The translations under genes were made by a program, and so were the position numbers. A DNA stretch of 64,000 nucleotides from Ascidiella aspersa. Its lineage: Eukaryota. The stretch covers positions 34,224,001 through 34,288,000 of the forward strand of contig OZ004607.1 of the NCBI GenBank assembly GCA_963924565.1, in the 5' to 3' direction. A model generated the notes under the pieces. That model was not told the origin of the DNA. It saw nothing but the letters and a program-made list of their open reading frames with translations, and searched no databases. Below are positions 1-39,827 of this stretch, piece by piece; position 1 is the stretch's first letter; every line of letters begins with the position of its first letter.

Positions 1-1880
1 TGCTGAAATACATTCACGGTCCCCAGCGACCGCTTTATCCTCGATCAAACCTGACCTCAAGGTGCTGAAAAACGCCTTTTTATCTCGGAATTGACCGTGA
101 CTCATATTTGCCGAAGAACCAGCGGTTTTGCCGGTTTTTGGAGCGCTCACAAACGGTTTATTCCTGCGGTTGGTCTGACAGCTCGATAGATATCTCTTCT
201 CGCCGTTTAAGCAGAGTCATATTTTGAGTGATGACTTTTGTCCTTTCACAGGTCTCGGAGCGAATCCAGGTTCTCAGTATTTGTCGAGGATTCATTTCTC
301 GCGTAAGCACTTTTTTGTATTTTCGTATTTTAAACCGCCGAACCGCAGAGCGATTATTTTCGTCGATCTTGAACGATTACGCTTGGGACGACTTGCGAAA
401 AACAACACTGAACTTCAAATTTATATCAAAGATCGCACTGCAATAGGGATCGAAATATGCCACATAGCAATGTCCGATAATAGCGGATCGGAGCCGATAC
501 CGGATGCAAAGTGTTAGTTTACGTATTCAAATAACTTGGTTGATATCGATGCCGATCCGATACCAAATTACATGAAAATTTTAGGTAATATTTGTTTTTC
601 AACCCCGCGATTTTACCTTAAAGTAACGTGATGCTGGTGAATAATTTTTTAACGCTGAAGCTAACTTTGCTCTAACAATTTCAAAAATATTCCTATGTAC
701 ATTTAAATGGTTTTTAGTTTTCTTGTGTAAGCATGGTATGACGTCATTTATCGTATCGGATCGCAATATGCGTTTGCTCCTGAATTCTTGTATCAGTATC
801 GCAAAAAATGTCAAGTATCATACACTACTGTCTATACTTTTTTATGTGCTTTAATATTCTTATTACGTCTTTCTGCAACCTCCAGCATTATGCTACAAAC
901 ACTAAACTTATTGTTGGACTCGGTTGCTTTTCCTTATTTGAACTTCCTATCCCACACAGTAAAGTGACGTCTGCGTATTGCAAAAAACAGTTATCTGGGA
1001 ACGCCTACCGAAAGAATGACGTCACGAATTTCAAGGGCGGTGTTCAATTTCACCAAAAATATGGAAAGCGTACAAAAACTTTTTATGTTGGTTTCCACGC
1101 TTTTCTAATCCATGCTAAGCCGTAAAATGAAGACTCAACACACTTCGTTGACTTTAGCTGATTGGGTTTGCTTGAAGTCCAATCAACTGTACTGTTTCTT
1201 GCTATAACAATTCTAACGTTACCGATGTGCGAACTGTTGCCATTTTGCGAGGACGAAAGTTGCTATTGTTCGTTGATCCATTATAACCGAAAAAAAAATA
1301 CACTTGCGAATACTCAATATATTTGGTCGTCGAATGAGTTGCAACTATGTACTTTTGCACATTTGTACCGAGTCACAAAGGGATTGCTTCCAGCTCCAAC
1401 TTTTGACAAGCAAAGCGCAAAAGTCGGTAGTTTGTTGCTCCTTAAAACACGAAGGAGAAGCGTAATTCGTGATAAAACGGTCAGATCTAATCGGCTTTGG
1501 ATTCTCGCTTACAAAAAGCTTGAGGGCAGACTTGGGCTAGATATAATGCTAGTTTTTAATTCAATAAAGTGGAGCAAAAAGCGACTAATTATAATTGGAT
1601 TCTAATTAGTGAATTGCTTGAGTTATAGTTCTAATCTAATATGTGAATTGCTTTGTGCGTTCTTATGAGAAGATATTGAGATTTAAATTAAATTGACTCT
1701 GAATCAATTTAAATGTAATTCTAGTTTGAATTGTTTTCTTATGAATTTGGTAATTTTAAGTCCGATCTATAATGTTAGAAAACTAAAATAATCTAATTAG
1801 GAAAACTGAAATGCCCTAATTTTATTTCTAATCTCATTTAAAAAAGACAAAAATAATTCTAGTTGTTCAAGTCAACTTAA

Positions 1881-2260
1881 GGGTGACGTACAGTTTCAGG
1901 AGGACCATAGGGCGTTCCCCCAATTGGGCCAAGCGTTCCCCCCAATTGGCCCAGGCGTTCCCCCCAATTGACACCTCTCCCTCGGCGCCTAATCTGCCCT
2001 CTTTGCGGGTTGGTCGCTAACGACTCGCACTTGACTTCCCAGTGGATTCGGGTCCTTTAAGCTGCTGGGTGAATTTGTACAGTGGTGAAAAGGTTTCCGC
2101 TGGCTTAAAAGCGCGTAGTTGGTTAGTGGCAAATAAATGCAACTGTGTTTGTTCAGTTTGAAGCGCGCATTTGTAAAGGGGTGGCGCACACTTGGGTTAA
2201 GTTGGGTGACTTCCTGATGCCACTACAGATACGAATTTGTGGTAAACTGATACCCACCCC
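1881..2260. mobile_element. TTAA-flanked non-autonomous element (Kolobok-like) containing a 3-copy ~22-bp minisatellite
   Basis: TTAA|GGGTGACGTACAGTTT ... AAACTGATACCCACCCC|TTAA imperfect TIRs; internal GCGTTCCCCCAATTGG repeats at about 1910-1970. Confidence 0.55.
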
Positions 2261-5029
2261 TTAATTGCAGGAATGCTGCTGCCGAGATTTCACGTTACAT
2301 TTTATCGGAAATGCAATTGTTGGCGCGGGGGTACGCACGCAAGAGTGTTTTATTTATAGGTGGCTCTTGGGTGCGGTGATGGGAGAAAATTTTGCTGAGA
2401 AACTACGAAAAAATAAAATTTGCTGTTATGGCTTACAACTGCAATTGCACCAATCCCTCTGTATAGATTATTATAAAGGGTTAGGGTTGTTGTTGCATAT
2501 TTCTGTAATGGTATTAAAGTTGTTTATAGCTTCAATTGTCTAGAGCTATACCGAATTGTTTTTATCATGGTAGACATCTGTGAGTTACCAAAATAGGAAA
2601 AACATATTTTAACAAAACTTCAAGGGCATCCCTATTACAGGCTTTTGTGCGTATAATCGTATATGCTATGAATAATGTTAACCGAACGTGGCCGTATTAG
2701 TCATAACCACTCCCATAGAAAACGAACATGATTACATAACTTGTATCACGTCACTAGAAGACAACCGTGTAACAAAGTTGTTGTTGATGTGTGTTTCTGT
2801 TAAACTTTAATTCATTACGAACGTTATTCCGTGTTTACCACGGGTGTGACAATGTGGACATTACTCTAGTAGGCCTACCAGTGTTGGGCATAAGTACGTT
2901 GAGTATTTCTGATAACTTTGAGAGTTTATACAATTCATAAAAAATGTAGAATAATCAGCGCTTTTTCTGTCAAAAGTCAATTTCGAATTTAAGCAATTAG
3001 ATAAAGTGACTTATATTCGAATAAATAGAAAAGAAACGTTTAAACATTCATATCTATTAAAAAAAACACTCTCCCGGAAGGATTATTATTTAAATAATAT
3101 TATTTCTGTCAAACCAAGTTCTACAGAAGTATAGTGTAGTTTTAATGTTTACTTAAATGGTAATTAATTATATCCAACATATTAACGCCCTATTTCGTAT
3201 TCTAAAACCTGAACAAATAGCAGGGAAAAAATTCGATAAAAATTAGTCGAATTCCGGGCCAGGCATACTTTAAGAATCCGCCAAATGAAGTGATTCAACA
3301 AAACTCCGGGGAAACTAAACAAAAAATAATAACCCAGAAGACCCCATCGATCACCCATACTACGTAACACCCTGTTTTGTTCGACTATGACGCCTTCTGC
3401 ATTTCAACTGCATCAGCATAACAGTCAGTGGTTTGGCACTCGGGCCGCTGAGCCTATTGTGACGCATGAGACGAGCGCCGTACTGTGTGACGTCACAACC
3501 GCATCTCCCCGAGCGACAAAGCCGCTGCATGACATAGTTGGCCGTTTGGGCCCGAAAGGCCCGTCGAAATATGACGCCGCGCGCTAATATAGCGGTAGAG
3601 GCCACGTCGTATTTATTTCTGTATGTGTACAGTTGCCAATCCGCTTTTAGATATTACATAAATGTGTGTTTGTGTTGAATTGGCCTAACGTTGAATAGAA
3701 TGTCTTTAGGCGATTCTTGAGCTCCGTTTTCTACTTAGTCGATGTTCTAGCGCTTAACATTGATTGCTATGTCCAAAGTTACATCTCGTTTAAAGTGTTT
3801 TAGCCTTTGTGTTTTTTGTGGATTTCATTTTTGTGACTGTTTTTCTATGGTTTATCTTATTTGCCTAATGTTTCGAGAGCTGTTATGTTAATACTGGAAG
3901 GCATTTGTAGCTACATCTATCATTTTTGTACGTTTCAGGGAACAGAATTATTTGTATGCCTAACTTAAATACGGGCGAAGTGTAAACAGGGGGTAGAAAA
4001 ATAAAGTAAAGGGGTAGAAAATAAAGTTTTCTTTCTATTGAATATACTGGATTTTAATATTTATTGAAATAGGCTTCACGATTGTAAAGTTAAAAAAAGA
4101 AAAGGGGGTTGGGGGTAATGAATGCGGGGTTACAAATGTAAATCACACTGTAAGTGCCTATACATGCTAAAGGACCCGGCTTTTGGTATAAATCGATCAA
4201 ACAGTGCAGTCTGTAATTTTGTCAAAGTGGCAATTTTGCGTCATCAGAGCACGTCATGCTGTATGATCTACCAATCGGTTGCCATGCAATATGAATTGTC
4301 CTGGTTTTAATACAGATCCTTATTTTGAAGGCTCGCGTCGAAAACGTTGCTTCAACTTATCGCAATTTCATACTATAGTTTGTCATTATTTTTGTTAAAT
4401 TGCACTATATAAAGGATGAAAACATATTACTGGGTGATACATCAATTCAGAAGCAACTCCTCATAATCTAGATTAAGGAAAAGTTAATAGTAAAGACATT
4501 GCATTTAAGAAAGTAAGGAATAAGTTCTTGTTGCAAGACTTACCACATATTAGGCATTAAGGGTCAACAACACTGGTTTTATAATTACACTTTGTTCAAA
4601 AATATCTTAAGACTGTTTATTGATTAAAACAGATAAAACATAAAATCATTTCTTAAAGTCTTACAGAAATATATATATTACGCCAGTAAAACTATATCTT
4701 ACTTTTTAACCACCCATATTGACGTTTTTACATGCTTGTTTTTTGTACAGAAACTGACGATGCCTTATAGGCGTAATATATATATTTCTGTAAGATTTTA
4801 AGAAATGAATTTATGTTTTATCTGTTTTAATAATCAAACAGTCTTAAGATCTTTGGATACGAAGACAAGAATCTTCCTTTTACATTATATTGTCCGCGGG
4901 AGATTATTACTTTCTAAAATGTTTCAGCTTGTTCAAAAAGATTTCGATTTTAAATTTAATAATCTTTGCCGTGTGTCCTTATCTTCTAGTCTATAGATGT
5001 ATGATATAACCGTAGTTAAAAATCGCACG

Positions 5030-5480
5030 CGCCTTAGACGGGGGACCTCTTAATTAGGCCTTCACCCATCCGGCGCACATTCCCCGACGAAATTTCTGCC
5101 AAAAAACAGTCGCCTCCAAAGGCGTGAAATGCTAAACTTGTTTACCTGTTGTGTAGAGAGAGCGGGCGCCGACACATCAGCACTAACGGCTTGTTTCCGA
5201 TTTACTTTTAATAACTCAAAGCCTTCCTTGCCAAATATGGAGTCCGCCTGTATTTAGCAGAGGCCGCCGCCGCATACTTTGGCGAGAGTTGCATTTTTTT
5301 AAACTGGCGTGACGCGCCACAACGTCACAGGTTCATTCATCGTTCGGGTTGTAGGCCTGTCATGAATGAAGTCACGTGCTTGGTAGGCTGCATTCTTACC
5401 AGTCGATGTCAGAGCGGATGAGCTATCCGAATTTCCGGTGATGATGATTCGCTTGCAAGCGATTCGCAATCTTGCCGGCT
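5030..5480. promoter_or_regulatory. Candidate upstream enhancer (CArG/TEAD/Fox motifs)
   Basis: GC-richer block containing a perfect CArG box CCAAATATGG (5231-5240), TEAD-like CACATTCC (5076-5083) and Fox-like TGTTTAC (5139-5145). Confidence 0.4.
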
Positions 5481-7420
5481 TGAATGGCAATTATTTTTAC
5501 ACCTAGGGAGACGTTCTTGATCAAAACACGGGCGTTGGAATGCAAATTCAGTGTATTGCTGTTTTTGTAGACTTGCATCCTGCATTTGCAACTAAAGGAG
5601 GTTCGATTAAAACCTTTTAAATTCGTTTCGAAACAAAGTCAAACTTTTCTGAATGTCTGTATTTACGGTACGCCTTATTTTGCCAATTAAAGCGTTTTTT
5701 GTTGTTGTTTCGCTTACTGTAGTCCTCTATTTGTTATAGATTTATTTGGTTCTAGATAGATTGTTCTGAATAATGATTACATTAATTTTTTGTGACCGAA
5801 ACCTAAAAATATATACATTGTCATAGGCCTTTGTAAACTTCTCATTTTATATTGCACAGAGTTTTTTCGTTTTTCACCCATGTGGCAGACTGCATGCACA
5901 CAAATGTGCCGTACCTGGTTTAATGTTCGAATGTTTGAATGTTAAATATTATTTTGGAAGGACAAGAGGTGCCCTCTAGACATTACTCTTTGAATTGATT
6001 TTTTGTTAGGCATGTAACGCAGTTCTCTACCTAGGAATTAACTGGTGAAGTTCATTAAGTAAGTGGTCGTCAACCAGTGTCAAGCGGTTGTGTAAAAACA
6101 CGCCGTTTTCAGTAAACAATGTTGGTAACATGCTTTTTTGGTTAGTTACATAAGTTGTAACTGTTGGTTAAATATAGGCTACCCGTCCTTACCATAATAA
6201 ATTATATAGTATGTATGTAATTTTTCCTTAATCGAACACGGCAGCCTATTCGACTAAAAGCTTTTTTACGACATCAGGAACTAAATATTTACTCCCATGT
6301 CCGAACAAGAATATTCCTAATTAAATTAGAAAATTTTTCCGAGTAAAGCCGTGTACTGCGTGTATAGACGCGGTTGAACCAACCCATCCACATATATAGG
6401 TTGCTAGCAACGTCTTAACTCCGTGCCCGTCTTACGCGGTCGTGCGTGCTGTGTACGTCTGCGCGCGCAATCGCACTTTACGTGCATAGGTCTGCGTTGT
6501 TCAGGTGATTATCGCGCTTAATCTCCAAAGGTAGAGGAGTGTCCGAAGCGGGTCGGAGACCACCGCCGGATCGACACAATCCGATACAATTCCTTTTCTG
6601 CATACTCGGCTTAAAGAATGCTAAAAATGCCGCACCGCGACGCTCCAAATACGGCGCGAAGACGCTGACCTTATGACTGTGCGGCGAATTGCGAGTCGTA
6701 AACAATTCTCCGAGATACACTGATGCTTGGATCGCCTGGAATACTGGATTATAGCGGACGCCGTTCGGGCGCCTTGCCTCTTTCCAATACCTCGATTTTA
6801 CAACGAAAATTCCGAGTTTTAGTACTTTTGCAGATTGAAGCCGTTATTAAAAAGGGGCGTTGCTGGTAGACAGTTGCCCCGCCCCCTTTTTTGGATTGTT
6901 CCAACTTGAGCGTGTCCTGTTATTTCGTGTTATAATCTTAAGTTTTTTTAAAAGTCATTTTATGGTATATGTTGTACTTCTATACTGTGAGTCGAGACAA
7001 TTGTAGGGGTTACATTAATTTCACACAAAGTGTTACACTGTTCTATCCTTATGTGCCAAAATGTCAAAACTTTATGCCAAAATCGTACGTCAACTGAGTT
7101 CTACAATGATATAAAATCCAGTTTAAGAGAAATATAAAAGAGTACTTTTTATCACTGTCAAACATGAGGGGCGTGCCAAGTTTCAAATGCAATTAAATTG
7201 GATGAACAATGAAAAGTTCGGAAGCCCTACCTTGGGCTTTACGGCATTAACAGGCAAGGGATAACATTTAATAATTCTACTCTGCAGATACATATAATGC
7301 CGCAATAATGTCATATCGGGTTGCGTCCGACGTTTTAACAGCTTTTCGAGCGTGGTAAATATTTTGAAATCGCCTTAGCGTTTAAGTTTAAGGTCGTCGC
7401 GCGAAATCGTAAAGCGAGCG

Positions 7421-7971
7421 TATATAAAGAGGGAGAAAAATCGCAAAAGCTTGGGCGTCGTGCGCCAGAGACCAAAATAACAACTTAACGACGGCTGCTG
7501 CACGAAAATAACGTCAGAGCACAGTTACCACGTGACAACGCAAGGCTAGTTTGCGCACAGATCCGGTAAAAAATCTCGGTTGTCGGAGACAGGCTCTGAC
7601 GCTCCCGGATTTGCGGAGAAAAGCACGGAGCGGGTTTTTGGAGGAGATCGGCGATTCGCTGGCCCGCGCTATCTGCTCCAAAGACGAGAAACTCGAGAAA
7701 AAAGGGGCCGCAGGTATGCCGACGGCTTTAGAGAAAGGAGGCACGGCAAAGGCATAAATACAGGCGCTTGTGCTTTGAAAGGGTCAGTTGTGAATTGTGA
7801 GGCAAGACGATAGGAAGACATAAAAAGAGGCCATTTTTATCGTGGTGGAAGATAAAAAAATTAAAGTGGAAAAAATTGGATTCCGGGTTATTGTTAACCG
7901 TGATTTTCAGTTTTTACACCAAAAAAATAAAATTGGATTCAATCAGTTTTAAGTCTGCATCTGATCTGACG
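7421..7971 (+). promoter_or_regulatory. Putative thrombospondin TATA box and non-coding exon 1
   Basis: TATATAAAGA at 7421-7430 and donor G|GTAAGC at 7971/7972. The first coding exon has an acceptor (ttttcag, 8446) 63 nt upstream of the ATG, so it needs an upstream exon or trans-splicing. Confidence 0.55.
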
Positions 7972-8509
7972 GTAAGCGAGCCTTAAAGCTCTTTGCGGAG
8001 AATTTAATTAGTCAGGGCGTGTACCCGAACCCGTCAGACGCCCAATGCCGAAATTGGCGTCTGCCCGACACACGCGTAAGCCCCGTCGCCGCTTTTATTG
8101 TGCTGGCTGCGCTTTGAAATGGCTTTAGCGCGTTCGTGCGAGCCACCCTTAATCGAATAAGGAGAAGCCCGCACCTGCAAATCAACACAGGCCTGTAATG
8201 GAAGGCAATAAAAATTAGAACTTTCCGTATAGAGATTTGCCTAGAAGCGGCTTGTCGTTGATGTGTCCCTATATATAAGACCATTATATATAGGCAGGTT
8301 ATTGCTTTTTGTGAATTTAGAATAATACTTTTTTAGGCGAGCAAAGGCTTAACATTTATGTTTAAGTATTTGTTGTCGTTTTACGTATTCTTCAAGGGTT
8401 ATTTTTTCTGTTTGCTCTTTTAACATTGTTTTACCACATTTTTCAGCGCTATATTCGAATAAACCTGTTTTATCTGCAACAAATCGTTTTTCAAAGCTTT
8501 CTACAAACG

Positions 8510-35739
<27,230 letters not shown>

Positions 35740-36296
35740 AGAGCTCCTATTGTGACGTCACAAGCGGCTTGACACGTTATGGCCGCGTGGCGCCACCTTG
35801 CGGACAGCTTTTGGCTGATGCTGACTCAGCGATTTGCGCAGGAAACAGAAAGTAGTTTTTCGACGCTGCGTGTTTATAACGTGCCTTTGTTGATGCTTCG
35901 TTATCTCCTTTTAACGCCGCCTTTTAGCTTGGAACAAAAACGGTCTCCAATTTTCAAAGCATTTTATAGCCTACTTCTGTAACTATACGGAAGTTATGGC
36001 AACTATGATTAACTTTCACATACTTGAGTGGAAGAGTTATGCTATCTTAAAACTTTCTTAACCAAAATTACAGAATACGAAAATACTTTTTTAACTTTTT
36101 TCTCAGTGAACAAAGCCAAATATTAACACAAAAACTCGTAAGGAGTATCAAGAACAAGTTATAAAATCCTTACATGTTTAATAGATTTTGGTTAGAGTAA
36201 TGAATAATGTGTTGTACCTTCTACGCGTTAGTTAGCTTTTATGATGATTCGAAACGAGTAAGATAACACCCATTTATATTTTGAATATTGTTATTT

Positions 36297-36302
36297 AATA
36301 AA
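36297..36302 (+). terminator. Thrombospondin polyadenylation signal
   Basis: AATAAA about 560 nt after the stop codon, followed by T/GT-rich sequence. Confidence 0.6.
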
Positions 36303-37133
36303 ACATTTCTTAAGCATTTTGACTTGACTTGTGTTTACCTGTGATTGAAAGAGAACAAAAGCTTGAATTATCGTACAAATCGGGACAAAGCCTCGTTTCG
36401 TTTTCAAAGTCTTTTTCATAACGCTCTGTGTCTCTTGCCATTGCTTCTTGCACTTTTGCGTCTTTTTTCTGTTTTTTTTTTGCTTTCTTTAGTCGACACT
36501 TGTCGGCGCTCCTGGGTAACTTTCGCCTTATTTATTTGCCGTTTTCAAGATAGACTTTTGTAATTTTTTTCGCGCGCTGTTTTTCTATTGTCGTGAACGT
36601 GCGTTTAACGTGTTTCGCCGCCAAAATAGACCAAGTGCCTACCTATATGTAACGTTGATTGTTTTAATGAGGTGAGACGCGTCGGCAAAGGATCTGTCTA
36701 ACTTAACAACAAAACTACATGTCCATGCCAAACCTAATATTTTGTTATAAAAAATATAGGTCTTCAGAAAGAATTCCAAAGCCAAAAAGGTCGAGTAAAT
36801 CGACAGCATCTCGAATATGACTTTTCGATAAGAACTTGTGTCATCCTCAGTTAAAGTGATAAGTCTATATATTTACTATAAGTTTTTTATGTTGCGTCGA
36901 AATTCAAAAAGTTACGACGAAATAACCATTTTGTCGCTTAGAACAGAAAAATAATACATATTTGATTTCAAGAAAATACAAAAAAATTGAAAAAGGGGAA
37001 GTTTTTCGTGCGATTTCAGCAAATAGACTCTATTGGCAATTTGAATTGAGTTAATAAGAATTAAGGTAAATAAGAAGCTCTGTAATGTGGATTTAGCTTT
37101 ATTTTATAGCAACACTGTTTAAGTCAGGACACC

Positions 37134-37985
37134 GAATAAAAAACAGGTAATAAAATATGCTTCTCAGCACTTCACCGTTTGGCTAATGTATGTTCCTTTG
37201 GTGCGAATTAGATGCCTGTGTGACATTAGGAGGCGCTGTAGGGTCTCTATCAGTATTCTACATTAACAATATGAATTAGAACATGATCGAACGTTAAAAT
37301 TATCAAGGCGTTTGCCAATTCGACGTCTAAAAATGCAAATAAAAAAGAAGGTTTAGAAATTGTGGTAATGGCTTACGAAAGAGGACAAGTTCAAGTTTGT
37401 CTATGACTCTTTACCGCCTACACTGGACGTGGATTTTACAAGTGCTGCAAATTTAGATTTAAAGTACTTTTATAAATTTTGTCATCTTCCTTGTTTTTGT
37501 TTTTATCTTCGTAGTCATTTTCATTTAGTGTTTTTTGAGTTAGTTATACGAATAAAAAAGAGGTAATAAAATACTTTACCGTTTTGCTAATTCATGTTCT
37601 TTAGGACTGAATTACAGATGCCTTCGTTACCTTAGCAGGTGTTGTAGGCCTGCAGGGTGTCTCACGATATCCTACTTTAATTCAGGTGTCTTAAAAACGA
37701 CAAGTTCATAACGAAAATTATTTATTCAAATTAGTAAAAATTATGAACATGATCGGTCGTAAACATTTTCAAGGCGTTTGCCAATCCGACGTCTTAAAAT
37801 GTCAATAAATAAAAAGGAAGGCTTAACAAATTGTGATAATAGCTTACGAAAAAAACAAGGCCAAGTTCTTCTAATCTAAGACACTTTAGCGCCCTACACT
37901 GGAAAAAAGGTTTGGCAAGTTCTGCAAGTTCTGCAATATTAATTTTAAAGTACTATTATATGTTTTGCTATCGATTTGGTTTTCG
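37134..37985. repeat. Diverged two-copy tandem duplication (~420-bp unit) between thrombospondin and the atlastin-like gene
   Basis: GAATAAAAAA.AGGTAATAAAATA...TGAACATGATCG-like...TCAAGGCGTTTGCCAAT.CGACGTCT...GCTTACGAAA...CCTACACTGGA...TTTAAAGTACT occurs at about 37134-37470 and again at about 37549-37957. Confidence 0.85.
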
Positions 37986-38605
37986 TTTTCCGATTTGCAG
38001 ATTTTTATTTGTCCCATTTTCTTTTTTTCTTTCAATTTGCTAATATTCTCTTCTATTCCCCAACATAAGTTTCAGCAAAATTCCCAGTAACAGCAAGGTC
38101 AGCAAAAGCATAAGAGTGCTACTTCGTTGGTTGCAGCTTATTACAATAATGTCTGCATGTATGGTTCATGTACAACACAAACAAGCATACCAACGGATCA
38201 AACGTAAAAACATTACATCTGAACGCCGTACTTTTATTACGTACTTCATGTATATAGAAGGTTTCATGGCTGCTTTTATTCTCAGAATGCCATGTATATA
38301 AATTTTATATAATCAAACAGTTAAGTTTAATAGTGGCTCACTTGCTCATAAATAGTCAAATTAAATAAAGTGATAGGGCGCGGTAAACATAGTTGAAGCC
38401 AAACATTAGATGTTGTCGCCTGTGAAAATAAATTATATCCTAGCAACCAGCAATTCAAAGTGGATTCCATAAAAAATTAAACAATTTCACGCCGTACCGT
38501 ATATTTTTTGCAAGGTTTGGAGCAACAGTAGAATGGCAATAAACTACTTCTGATAGCACTAGTTTATGATTACCGAAATGTTCTGGTGCTTTGCGGCCCT
38601 CTTTT

Positions 38606-38675
38606 CAGGGGGAAACACCATGTTGTGTACAGGGGAAAAACCATGGGATATTCAGGTGGAAACACCATGATGGTC
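38606..38675. repeat. Three-copy minisatellite
   Basis: CAGG(G/T)G(G)AAA(C/A)ACCATG repeated three times. Confidence 0.6.
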
Positions 38676-39827
38676 ACAACCAGGGGATAATCACGCAATT
38701 TTTGAAGGGTTTGCCATACAATGGTCAGAGTGACGTAAAAAGATTCTTGTAACACCGTGAAGTCATTGAACTGCTAGACGTAAGAAAGTAGTTTTTGATT
38801 AAACCCGTGAGAGAACATGCAATAGAAGTTTAAAAAAGGACTACAACACATAAGTTTATTTACTTTAAATAGGCACATTTTAAAATGTTGAAGAGTTTTT
38901 ATTTAGCTTCGTCAGACAGGTTTAAAAATGCAAGAAGATAAAAAAATATACGAAAATATAGTTTGGCGGTGTATTCTGATGCCCATCGATCCACTCTTGC
39001 AGGCAAATCAATAACACCTGTGTAATGTATAACACTTATAACATTAACCTATGCGTTTATTGTTTTCCAACAAGTAACCTGAGTTACCAGGCAAACATCA
39101 GATTTGCTCTCCCGTTTAACTTTCTTTGTCGCGATACAAGGCTGGGACATCCAGTCGTTGAAATACCCGAGCGACGGGTAACCACCTCGGCTTTGTTGAT
39201 GGGGAAATCACCTAACGGTTCAAAAAAACCTTTTTCATTACGTTTCAAATCGGAAAAGAGGAACCAACCGAAGAGGAACTACTTGTTGCCTGTACAGCGC
39301 CAGTGTTCGTTTTGCGTTTTGTTCATAGCGTGTGCAATGCATCCTTGCCTAATTTTGTGTGAAAATATGTACCGAGCGTATTCTGTCTCAGTTTAGTGCT
39401 GATCAGACGCTTTGCTGTTGATCAAACAGACCAAAGCAATGCTTGTTTTAAATTCGTCCAGATTTGACCTTCAGTCACTTTAGCTATTTCGGCACATTGG
39501 CTTTGTTTGCTAAAATGTTGCTATATAAACGCTCACACACACAATATGTCTATTTATGAAGTCATTCTGGAGTCGTACTGACCAACAAAAAACGGCAATT
39601 ATTATATATGTATTAGCCTACACCGGATGCCTTCGGAAAGGCTTAACGAAAAGCAGTCAGCTTAACCTGGATTGTAGTTCAAGCAAGGCCAGTATAGAAA
39701 AACATGTTGCTATTTAGAACGTTGTTATTCTATTTCAGCGAATATTGAGAACTGAAGCAATTTCGATTTCATTTCCTTTTTATCGTTTGATTGCATTTGT
39801 TATAGCAGTAAACACTGCGCTGCAAGT

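Noticed and set aside
1-600. Possible transposon remnant at the window start
   Set aside because: It is truncated by the window edge, and no TIR pair, TSD or transposase motif is visible.
3440-3500. Recurring CTATTGTGACG(T)CA motif (also about 19350 and 35748, giving MRHNRLSG in two ORFs)
   Set aside because: It is a short, CRE-like motif that is probably dispersed, not coding homology, and it is too short to define an element.
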